NCBI RefSeq assembly: GCF_000143415.4 | Contig: NW_003314265.1 | Coordinates: 2,559,181 to 2,623,180, forward strand | DNA length: 64,000 nt | Source of the DNA: Selaginella moellendorffii | Taxonomy: Eukaryota; Plantae; Lycopodiophyta | Reading direction: 5' to 3' | Shown here: in pieces, positions 1 to 10,919 of the stretch | How positions within the stretch are numbered: position 1 is the stretch's first letter | How the letters are laid out: each line of letters begins with the position of its first letter | Made by a program: the position numbers and the translations under genes | The notes under the pieces: generated by a model | The model's database searches: none | Told to the model about the DNA's origin: nothing | What the model saw: the letters and a program-made list of their open reading frames with translations, nothing else

Positions 1-375
1 ATCGACAACTGTGGCTAAGCCCTCAGCTACCACCTCCCCCTCGGGGTTGTTTAGAAACACCTTTGCCTGAATCCATGTAGCACGGTTCTTAAGATCCACG
101 GAGGGAACATGCGTCGCACTTGCGCTGTCCCCAACATCTGCTTTCTTCTGAAGATTTTTCAAGGCAACAACAACATTTACCCCGACGACCATCTCTCCTC
201 GTTCAATAGCGACCACATTCCCATCGAAGACAGTCTCTACTGATACAGCAGCATTGCCTTCCCCAAGCCTTTGACAGTGTATAACAAAGTTCCGATCCAT
301 AGACACAAGGGTCCCTTTTGCAACTCTCTTCCCACCATTCAAAATGTAAACCTTTTCCCCAACCCTGAAGGCCAT
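1..375 (-). CDS. 5' part of a protein with tandem Tnp1/En/Spm-like (CACTA-associated) modules; runs off the window start
   Basis: Not in the ORF track. Manual translation from ATG 375 is open to base 1: MAFRVGEKVYILNGGKRVAKGTLVSMDRNFVIHCQRLGEGNAAVSVETVFDG...KVFLNNPEGEVVAEGLATVVD. The V-x-L...VA-x-G...H..L...V-x-V pattern resembles Transposase_23-type domains and starts twice. A polypyrimidine/AG acceptor lies just upstream. Confidence 0.55.
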   Translation of the reverse strand, partial: MAFRVGEKVYILNGGKRVAKGTLVSMDRNFVIHCQRLGEGNAAVSVETVFDGNVVAIERGEMVVGVNVVVALKNLQKKADVGDSASATHVPSVDLKNRATWIQAKVFLNNPEGEVVAEGLATVVD

Positions 376-528
376 TCTGAAAGTGCAAAAAAGAAGTTAA
401 GACCATACAAAAAATGATTGGAGAATGGCCTAAATCATAACATACCAAACAACCTCAATAGCATGAGGCCACATGCCATTATTCAAACATGCTATTGACA
501 CCCACGTGAAATTTCGCATTCACAAAAT

Positions 529-855
529 TGGCATGAGGCCTCATGCCATCTTGATATACACACAGCTGCAGGCAAGTAAAAACATACATGACAATACGCT
601 AGCCTGTTGCTATATTCGAATTGCCTTGCTGCAACTGTATATGTTTTTGTGTGCGTGACTAGTCACCCATACAAAAATATATACAGTTGCAGCAAGGCAA
701 AAGGAATATGGCAATAGGCTAGCAGGGGCCAAAGATGGCATGAGGCCTCATGCCATCTTGATATACACACAGCTGCAGGCAAGTAAAAACATACATGACA
801 ATACGCTAGCCATGAAATTGCAAGGGCCCAAGATGGCATGTGGCCTCATGCCATT
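529..855 (+). repeat. Direct repeats (~75 bp, 529-604 and 736-811), each starting with the palindrome
   Basis: tggcatgaggcctcatgccatcttgatatacacacagctgcaggcaagtaaaaacatacatgacaatacgctagcc occurs twice; a third unit begins at about 820. Confidence 0.9.
598..723. repeat. 126-bp loopless imperfect palindrome (MITE-like or foldback)
   Basis: Centred on gtgact|agtcac (655-666); the 63-bp arms are reverse complements with a few mismatches, and both ends are gctagc. Confidence 0.9.
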
Positions 856-948
856 TCTAAATGTGGTCCTAAGCCATTCCATGGTGAACATACCAGGAAG
901 CACAAGTGCCGAATATCAAGAGGAAGCGGTAGCCACACCAAAGACAGT

Positions 949-1081
949 GCCGCTCACAACACCGCAACTACTCGTAGCGCCGCTCGCAACACCGCAACTG
1001 CTCGTAGCGCCGCTCGCACAAACTGCCACTCGCATAAACTGCCGCTCGCAATGGCGCTCGCAATGCCGCAACCGCTCGTAG
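949..1081 (+). repeat. GC-rich 30-bp tandem repeat, degenerating rightwards
   Basis: gccgctcrcaacaccgcaactrctcgtagc occurs twice, followed by further gccgctcgca units. Confidence 0.8.
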
Positions 1082-1913
1082 ACACATAAACCATAGCCCA
1101 TAACGCCGCTTACACAAGCAGCGTTCACTGCGCTCAGCGGAACCAAGAACACGGCGCACAAAAATGATAGACCTAGGAATGAGTTCGAGAATTCAAAAAT
1201 AACACACGCTTGAACGTCACATCAAATCCTCTGACAAACCAGATCTTATGATTCCTCTGACAAATTTCAAACTGAGTAGCTTCTAGACTTTGCTGTCGGA
1301 GGTTGAACTTTGTCACATCATGTCCTTGCCTCGATCCAGCTGTGCCATGTCAGTGATTCGAACTTTGCCATGCCATGTCAGCGATCCGCGCCAAGATTAT
1401 TCGCCGTGTAAAGGAATAATTATGCTGTGTGTGTACGTCCATTTATGGCAATATAAGGCCACACGCCATTCAAAGAATAATGCTTGACATAAGGCCACAC
1501 GCCATTCAAAGAATAATGCTAGTCGAGCATTTTTTGGTGCATTTTTGGGTTCAAAATTGCATGAGCCCACACGCTATAAAGTTTACCTGTACCAAAAATA
1601 CAAACAGCTTTATTTACTTGGGAATTTAAGTGGTTGAGGCATTTTTAAACTTACAAACACATGCCCTACTTATATTCCTTTGGTTGCTTAAAATTCAAAA
1701 ATATTATAAACCTTTCTTTTTGCATTTTCAATGTTTTCAATTATGGTTTTTGATTTTCGTAAGACCAGCCTAGTAATCTATTTGCATCCCGTCATGTTTA
1801 TAGCTAGCTTTCGTTTGTCCCCTTCACTAGCCTGAGATACATCTGCTCAGCATTTGCCTCTTACAGCATTTGCCCAGAAAGGGCATCTTTCTTCATGCAA
1901 CATTTGCCACATG

Positions 1914-1946
1914 TTTAGGGTTTAGGGTTTAGGGTTTAGGGTTTAG
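1914..1946 (+). repeat. Interstitial plant telomeric tract (TTTAGGG)4+TTTAG
   Basis: Read directly from the sequence. Confidence 0.95.
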
Positions 1947-1972
1947 CAATTCAGTAACTTGATAAACACTTA

Positions 1973-4900
1973 TATATACTACTTTCATTTAAAAGATTTT
2001 TTAGGGTTCTTGAGAAGATCAGAAACAAGGAATAAAAGATTTGTGAGGAAGAGTTATAATGCAAAGGAATGTGAAAATGTTAATTTCCTTTCACTATCAC
2101 AATCTCCATATTACACTCTTGGTCCTTATTATCCATCTAGAAATGTGGAGACCACTATCACAATTGATAAAAATGCTTTTATTACTTTAGAAATAACAGT
2201 TTAAAGCAAGAGAAATGAAGAAATGAGTAATACAGTAGAAAACACTAAGAAATCTACTCCATAAAACTTTCTTTGACATTTTGACATTTATAATTTACAT
2301 ATTAATTCATATAAAAAACTCTATTGCCAGCCTATATCACAATCCTCCCATTTGAAAAGACCAAGCTATATTTTTGTAATGAATCCTCAATAAGAGAAAG
2401 GTCAATGCACACCAAACTGTAAAATCTTGGAGCAAAATAACGGTCGGATCTATGGCAAATGCCCCTGAAACATTGTAAGGCTCGTGTGGTCTCATGTGGT
2501 GTCCGATCGAGATGCTTCTTTGCAGGGTCATCAAGAAAGACATTGTATACCATTCTGTAAAATCTAGTTGCGATCTAACGGTTGGATCTCCAGAAAACTC
2601 AAAAAAATCTCGCGCGTGTCAGAATATCCTAGGAATATACTCCTATGTGCCCCTGAAAATGGCATGCGGCCCCACGCCATTCAAGAGATAATGCCAGATG
2701 ACGCCGAGAATTTTTTGGTGCATTTTTTGGGTTCAAAATTGCATGAGCCCACACGCTATAAAGTTTATCTTTGCCAAATAGAGAAAAGTTTATCTGTGTC
2801 ATGTGAGGTAATTACAGTCCTTTGTGCTCGGCATCTGCCTCTTGCAGCATTTGCACTGAAAGGGAATTTTTCTCCATTCAGCATTTGGCCCTGAAAATGG
2901 CATGCGCCCACACGCCATTCAAGGAATAACGCTACAGCACGCCTGGATTTTTGGGTTTAAAATGTTTAGGGTTTTTTGGGTTTTTTCAAAATATTTTGGG
3001 TCCAACGTTTTTTGGGTTTCTTTGGTTCAAAATTGCATGCTATAATATTGATTTGAGAGAAAAATAGAAACAGATAGAATTTCTTTATTTAGCTGAACAT
3101 CTGCCATTTTTGGAAATACAAGATGCTTTGGAATATCCAATCATGCATGGTATAAATATAGCGAGGGTATTAAATGATATCCCAATCATGATCTTTCTTT
3201 TGGATTTCACGTGCATGCAGTCCGAGGAATGATGACGTTGCGGATTTCTTTTGGATTTTGCGTGCTTGCATGCGCGCGGCAATCCAGAAATTAATGGTGG
3301 CGCCCAAGTCCGAGGAATGATGACGTGGCGGGATTACCAACCGTTGTGACAGGTTAGGTTTTGCATTTTGCTTTGTACTCGCGCTCGCACTCGCATCACA
3401 CTCGCGCTCCCGCTCGCATCGCGCTCCCACTCGCGATCACGCTCACTTCTCTACAGGTTTCTCGTGTGCATCGGCGTCCACTCGCGCTTGCATCACACTC
3501 GCGCTCGCATTGCGCTCGTGTGCATCGGCGTCCACTTCAAGACACACCCAGTTTGTAACTTCGCCGCCAACTCCGCCGCCCACTCCGCCACCCACACGCA
3601 GCCCACTTGGCGTCCCGGGAGATTTCAGCACCACTCTCCAACTGTAAGTGGCAGAGTAGCCTTGCTGCTACGATCCACTGCACACACAGTGCACATTCGC
3701 CAGCGAGTCCGGCCTCGATTGTCACGGCCTCCATTCGGTTTCAAATGGTAAGTCTTTTAGACCAAGTAGAAAATGGCATGAGGCCACATGCCATTCAGTA
3801 GCAACATTGGCATGCACCGATTGGGCTCTCGAGTGCAGTCCGGTTACAGATGGCGTGTAGCCTCACGCCATCTTAGGATGCAGCCTCAAGACATCTGATG
3901 CAGTGGTGAATGGCGTGTGGCCTCACGTTATTTCCAGCTGCTAGCTTTTCATCTGTCAGCTCTAATTGTTGTGCATTTCTGAACAGGCGAGGAATTGCAT
4001 TCTTCTTCCAGCCACTGTCAATGTGGATGCAGAGAAGGGGGAGGAGCTCACCAGTTGGACTTTCGGGATGGAAGGCGAGGATCTGAGGCTGTACAACACA
4101 GATGGTGGGAGAAAAGAATGCATGGGGATCCTCATCCAAGTGAGAGACACTCCATGCAGTTCCATGCAAGAATATGGACTGGCACTTGTGGTAGAGACAG
4201 TGTCCGCCTTCAAGATCCACCTTGCACATCCTAGCGGCTTCCCGGAGGGGGGCAGCGGCTATGAGGAATTCCTAGAGGGAGCTAGGGAGAGGTTGTCCAG
4301 GAGGCCCACAATTTCAAAGACGCTGCGGGTCTATGAAGATCACATGGAATCCACGGACCTCACCTACGGCGATGTTCAAAAACTATATTCCAACATTGAG
4401 CCGTTGAGAGTGCCTCCAGTTCGCGAAGCGAAGGGGAAGGGGGTCGATCTGGAAACTACCCCAAAGCAGAAAAGGGTGGTCAAGCTCAAGCCGACGTCCG
4501 ACTCTCCTGCAGCTCCAAAAAAGAAGCTACTCGGTGATGCCATTGCCTCGGGTTCGAACACTACACCCACCAAAAAGAAGAGCCGCAAAGAGCAGAAAGA
4601 GCAAGAAGAGGCAGCAAAAATCGTCGCAGATAATAGTACTTGTTACTATTCCAACAAAGTATATACAATCGACGTGAGCCGTATCGAGATCCAAAGCAAA
4701 TACAACCACAGGCTAGTATCTGATGAGTGGGTGGAGAAACTAAAGCAGAAGATGCTGGCAAGTCCAGTAACACCCGACATCACAGACGTGATCCCCTACT
4801 ACCGAACAATGAAGGGCGAGACGAGGTTTCCAGACTTGATCAATAGGAAGGTGTTGGACGATCAGAACATCCGATTCTATGCCGTCTCCGGGCAGCATTC

Positions 4901-5890
4901 TAGCTTGGTGATGCAACAGATAGTTGTGGATATTATGGTGGGCGAGGAGGTGAAGAAAGTCTTCAAGACAAGAGTTGTCCGCCTGATAAAAGGCAACTCG
5001 CCCCTCCGATCTATCATATACATCTCCCACGCGCAGAATGTCAAGCAAGAAACGTGCTACAAATCGGGCCTGCACGAGACATTGGCACGAACACGGAAGC
5101 TCTGGGTTCAACTGAAGAAGCCACAAAAACCAGGACAAGGACGTGCACTAGCAACTAGCGCCTGGCAGGTAAGCCTCGTTGCATGTGGCATAGCATGTGG
5201 CCTCACGCCATTTCCATTGCAGGAATTCTCGAGTCTTCTCTCGAAAACACTAGGGGTCAATGACACACTCAGCATCCATAACATTCTACTCGCGACAAAA
5301 GTTGTTTTTGACAAATGGGTAGATGTGCTGAGGAGGTACCATGACGGGGAGTTGTTAAACTCAATGGGTGTGAAGGACGGCCGGAAGCCCAATGATTTGA
5401 AGCTCAACGCCTTACGTTTCTCGCGGTCTCTAGACGACGACGACCTTCTGACAGTGGCTAATGCTCTTCTACGTGGTGAGGTAGTCTTCAACAAGACCAA
5501 AATGACTCCCGGCCATATTGTGACATACGAGGACTTGTGCACGACTCTGAGAGCTCGTGCGCTATTGAAGGATTGGATCTTCGAGCAAGTGGCCGTGGCG
5601 AGGGTGAGCATCGACACCACGCAAGAGATGATGGAAGAGCTGGACTTGTCAAATGAAGACATCGACGAGTATGTGAAGGGGGCCCCCAAGTTCATCGATC
5701 TGCTGCAGGATGCCACGAAAAGTAAAGCTGAGAAGTTGGATCAGTATCCAAATTTCATTAAGAGGGATGTCGACCGCCGGCTTCAGAAACAGCTCGACCC
5801 CGCAGCAGAGGCCTATCGAGAACCTTACCGGGTATACGTGAATTCGAATGAGGATCAAAGGTGGAGGAGCATCGTTTCTCGCGGAGATGA
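1973..5890 (+). repeat. Left arm of 3.9-kb inverted duplication
   Basis: Reverse complement of 10920-14839 with only scattered substitutions and small indels; the ORF track shows mirrored ORFs. Confidence 0.97.
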
Positions 5891-8800
5891 GCAGGTCAAG
5901 AACATCTTTTGTGTGATGGACTTCACAAACGAGGAGATCACTCATGCAGACGAAGTCAGCTCCATCATTGACTTAATGGTGGGACTTGCGGAGGTGGAAT
6001 CTTCAGTCCACTATATGATCTACGACTCCGAATCCTATCACAAGTTCTGGAAGGCCTTGAACGAGGTGAAGGCTCGGTTGAAAGGCAAGGAGATGCGGGA
6101 GATCCATGGGATAATGGCTAAGAAGAAGATACCGACGAATGTCCGCATCTTCACACTCGCCCTTGTTATTGGTCCTACAGCAGAGTGGGACTGGAGTGAC
6201 TTCCCAGCTTCGTTCGACAAGGCCGATCGAATTGATCTGAGGGAGATCAATTTACCCGTGCCTGAGGAACTGAAGACGGCTATGGAGCTTTCGAATCCAA
6301 AGAAAGCTCCAGGTGCAGCATGGGAAATGCTCAGCTGGGTCTTCAACGCAATAGCGGGTGACTCCAAGGGCAAATGCGTTGTCGAGTACAACTGCGGCGG
6401 ACTATTCTTTCGAGCCGCACTACTCAAGGGTGTCCCGTGTGTTGCGGTGACAAACTCCATTGAAGAGGTGACTTCAATGGAGCATATAATTACAATTGCC
6501 AAAGAAAAACAGTATCTTCTCTACGAACCTGGTGAGTACGCACTTTAAGTTTTAATGTTATCTCACAAGCTCTGTATGCAGGAGCGTGGCCACCCCCAGA
6601 TGCTGAAACGGCGTTAACAGCTACTGATGTTAGGCCGAGGTCACAACCTGCACAAGGTAAGGTCACGTGAGGCCTCACGCCATTTTGATTATAGATCGTT
6701 GTGAATATTCAGACACGAGGACTGAAAAGCGCATTGGTGGTGCGTCGAAGAAGGACAAACAGACAAGCAATAGGAAAAAAGAAGGTACAAATTATATTTG
6801 CAATGGCGCGTGGTCTCATGCCATTCCTTGCAGGAGACACTTCTTCAAAGGCAAAACAGGCAAGCACCAGCCAAGCTCAAACTGACAATGGTCATAAAAA
6901 GCGAAAGCACGTTGGACAGTCGTCGGGATCAGAGGCGTTTGATTCGAAAAGGAAGAAGGGCAACGAAAAGATGATAGGTAATGCCTCGCGGTTATGGCGT
7001 GTGTGCTCATGCCATTCATTGCAGATCAAGGGCTGAGTGAAAGGAGCCAGTCACCACCTTCTGACTCAGATTCCTATGGCGGACTCCCCTTCCCCAATCT
7101 CAATGGAGAGGTACAATGGATGAGGGATGCTTTTCAAGTCAGGGCCACGTTTTTCTCATCTCGTCGTCTTCGAAGGGTGCAAGAACGTGCAGAAACCATG
7201 TTAAGACAGTCGGGTGAGGATACGGTCCTAGGTCACGCACTAAAACAGGCTATGGATGTCTTGTATTTTGAGATGGAGACTCGGCTAGATGATTTTCCCA
7301 AGATGGTCCTGGAAAAACAAGCCATCCAGCCTGAGCAGCCTATGGAAGAAATGCAAGAGGGGGATGAGGAGCCAGAGAAAGATAATGAGCAGGAAGAGCA
7401 AAAGGACAAAGAGGAGGACAAAGAAGAGGAGGACGAAGAAGAGGAGGATGAAGAAGAGGAGGACGAAGAGGACTTGGATGGTCCTCACAATGGTGACGAT
7501 CACAATAACGACGATGACGATGATGACGACGATGGCCAGCCTGAGGTGGCCAAAGAGCAGCGGAGGAAGGTCATACAAGACAAACCATCAGGTAAATAAT
7601 AGTACATCCATTCCTAACCTTTTACCATTTCTAACATTGTCTATGTAGGTCGCAGAAGAAATGGTAAGTAGAGATTATTCAGTTGAATTAAGATACAAAC
7701 TCTAGCCTTTAGTGTCGAGGAAGGATAGTGCCAAGCAAGGGTCGAAACGTATGTCCAATCCTTCAGAATCAGCAGTGCGCCCAAGTGATATCGGTCCTAG
7801 TTCCTCAATAGCAGTTGATGGTAAATACAGTATAGTCGATTCAATGTGCTAATGAGTTTGTTTTTAGTAGCACGGGAGGATACCATCTCAATCGAAGGGA
7901 GATATTTGGACATGCATATGGATCCGCCAGTGGACTCTACTTGCCTGCAAGAGTCATCAGAGCTGGTGGAGGCTACTATCCATATCAACGCCAAGCAAGC
8001 TGACCACGCTCCACTTGATGCTGCCCATACCACTGAGTCAATCTTGTCCACGTATCCAACTGACGGTGACCAGGCGCCATTGGACCCGCATGAGGCCGCC
8101 CCAGCCGCCGAGCCGGTCGTATCCTCATTTCCAACGTGTGCCCAATTGTCTGACTACGCGCCATTGGAACCTCCCTACACCGCCCCTGCTGCCTGTTCGG
8201 TCATGTCCACTTTGCCAACGGAGGCACCAGCTGAAATGGCGTGTGATCACACGCCATCGGAACCACCCCATGCCACTGTTGAGCCAGTTGTACCAGAGTC
8301 TACAGCTGAAATGGCATGTGCCCACACGCCATCGGATGCGATTGACCCCACATTGCAGAGGAGAGTATTTCCGCCCTTCACGTTTCCTCGACCAAAACCC
8401 TCTGAACGACCATCGGGAGCACCATTCGCTAATATTGTAGATGGTAAAATTGACTTGTACCATTTTTTATGCTGACGCATTTCATTTCAGAGTCACGGCG
8501 AAAGTACTGTATCGTTTTTGATCTGAACGGTGTCCTTTTCTCCCATGAGCGTGGCTCGTCCTCGAATGTCACTGCACCCTCCAAAGCCTGCGGTCGCAAG
8601 TTGGTCAAAAGAGACAGATTCACATTAATCACATGGGAAAAACTGCGGGATCTAATAATGACCATGCGACACTTAAAACAGAGGGCCGGGTTCAATTTGC
8701 AATTGGGAGTTTGGACATCCATGATGCGCCACAATGCATTAACGTTGCTACAGATGATGCACGATCAGACGCGAGTAATATTACCATTTGACTTTCTCCT

Positions 8801-9353
8801 AATGCATGAGGATTGCTTGACTATGGTCCATGTGAGGGGTAGCAAGCCCATCTTCGTCAAGGCAGAGGCTGTAGTGATGAACCGGACTGCTAGGTCAAGT
8901 GAAATCCTCATCATCGATGACTCGCCAATTAAAACTGCAGCGAACACGCACACATATGCAGTGCACCCCATCTCTTGCAGTATGGAAACTAGGGAGAAGA
9001 AACCATATGTTCTGGGGGACCTTGCAAAACGGCTTGAAGCGATGGTGATAGAGAACCGGCCAGTTCAGGAGGTGGCTGCAGAAATCAACCAAATGGCAGA
9101 TGGAACGGTATATCAGAAGCCATTTGATCGGACAGACACCAGTCATCATTTATGGCATGTATATTGTCTAGCCAAGCACTATCCGCATCTCCATAATCTG
9201 CTCAACCGGATGGGTTCTTCGACCACTGAACATGAGCGTGGACGTATTAGAGAAGAGATGGCATTACTATTGGGTTTAAATCCTGATAGTGTGGAGAGTG
9301 ATGAAATTCCAAGATTATTGTATAGGCGTTGGAGGCAAAAAATAACAGTCTGA
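3745..9353 (+). CDS. Large multidomain protein (~1,637 aa, 11 exons): ParB-like + degenerate N4/N6 DNA-MTase-like + acidic tract + Pro-rich repeats + FCP1/NIF-like HAD domain; probably transposon-borne
   Basis: Manual GT-AG exons 3745-3747, 3987-5168, 5223-6531, 6582-6656, 6713-6784, 6834-6977, 7025-7591, 7649-7663, 7713-7820, 7868-8443 and 8491-9353 are phase-compatible, total 4914 nt and contain no internal stop. Motifs: YTIDVSRI..R..EWVEKLK..FYAVSGQHS..HAQN (ParB-like); KGKCVVEYNCGGLFFRAALLKGVPCVAV (MTase SAM-binding-region-like); IVFDLNGVL..GVWTS..ILIIDDSPIK (HAD/NIF). Confidence 0.75.
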
Positions 9354-10919
9354 GATGGCATGTATTTATTTAAAAATGTAACTTATTATGGCATGGGGTT
9401 CCATGCCATTGTATTAATATTAAAAGACAATTCTTTGAGAGGATTTGCATTATACTAGAAGTGTTACAGCATGTTATTGGAAGTCTGCGAAGTTGTTTTA
9501 TTAATAAGGGGAAAGTAAAGATTGAATGGGGACTTGGGCTCCACCTAGACTCGGAGCAACTGAGCCAATATTAAAAGGATGGAAAGAAATTGGACGACGA
9601 TGACAAGGAGAAGAGAGAGGTGAAGCAGTGGCAGGGGGAGGAGAAGTGATTGAGTAGACATTTCCTTGTTTAAAATAAAATGGCATGTGCCTCAATGCAA
9701 TTGAATTTTGTTATATTTATATACTATATAAAGGTTTGGAAACCTTATTTTACAAGTGGGATAATGACAATTCCCACTTTAACGAAATAGAGCTTATGTG
9801 ATATGATATCACCTTTTAGAATAAGGTATGTTACCTACAACTAATATCATTTTATTATATATGTATTTTTTCTTTTAAAAGTAACAATACTATAGTATAG
9901 TAAAATTATACCCATTATCACTTTATGGTGAGGAATAAAATTCCTTTGGGAAACATTGCATTGGCTAGTGAAAAATATAAAGTTTTTAAGCCACCCTATA
10001 GTGGAATATGTGTCTATAACTCATTTTTGAATCTATTGTACATCCATATATGCATATTTTTCAGACCCACCATTGGGCAATTGCTACAGTGCTCAAGAAA
10101 AGTTTATAAACCCATAGAGCTATTTGTCTTATCCAAAAAAATATATCATATTAGACATTGAATATAATAGTGTTCTATGCTTTCAAGTAGTCCTGCCATA
10201 TCAAGAGCAAGATCTTACAAAAACATATGGTATTGCTCTTAAAGCACTAGAGGCAATCCCTCTTTAATAGCAAAATCCAGAATTTTATATATAGAGAGCT
10301 TTAATTTAACTTCACTAGAGCTCTTAGCAAAAAAGGATTGTTATGTGGAGGTGAAGGTGGAATGCTAGTAGAATTTGGGGATGGAGGTGGAAATTGATAT
10401 AAAATGCTAGGGGCCAAGTACGAGTAACAATAACTTTCCTTCGAGCCATTTCAATAAAAACTTCCAAGAAGCTCAAGGAGAATAAAGAACCTACAATGAC
10501 TATAACTTTTCTAGATAGTTTATATATTAAGTTTTAGTTTTGGGAATGAGATGCATTTATTATGACATTGACAATACTCAGATTTATGAAATGTTAGTCT
10601 CGGAAATGGGGCTTCATAATCATAGCTTACCTGTAAATAGAAGAGCTTATAGAATTCTAGATTATTGTGTATACATATGCTTTATCATTCTAATGAAATC
10701 CTACTTTATTGTGCATGAATTCTTTTCTACACATGCTAAATTTCTAGAGAAATAAATTGCAAGGAAATATAAACTACATTATAGTGGTAGGTATGTTGGC
10801 ACACTACCATTCTCTCGTGTGAGAATACATTTTATTCTTGGAAATGTAAATAAAGTTGATTCTTTGATGTGATATTACTTTTAAGTCTTTCAAAAGATTT
10901 TGATTTATTTTATTCTTAT

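Larger units (their letters stand above)
458..9701. repeat. Dispersed 22-bp palindrome ATGGCRTG-N6-CAYGCCAT, about 20 copies
   Basis: Copies start at about 458, 528, 735, 833, 1484, 1556, 2659, 2738, 2897, 3773, 3850, 3910, 5190, 6662, 6803, 6994, 8236, 8311, 9388 and 9680; some are degenerate. 732-759 is a perfect 28-bp palindrome and 8236-8257 a perfect 22-bp palindrome. Confidence 0.95.

Noticed and set aside
473-3801. Short ORFs sharing MRPHAI / MACGLMP peptides
   Set aside because: They are translations of the DNA palindrome in different frames, not a peptide family.
458-9701. Palindromic repeats as a CRISPR array
   Set aside because: Spacing is irregular (tens to >1,000 bp), copies lie in introns and an exon, there are no cas genes, and the context is eukaryotic.
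9710-10919. AT-rich spacer as a decayed transposase
   Set aside because: No motif I can support; only short, low-complexity ORFs.
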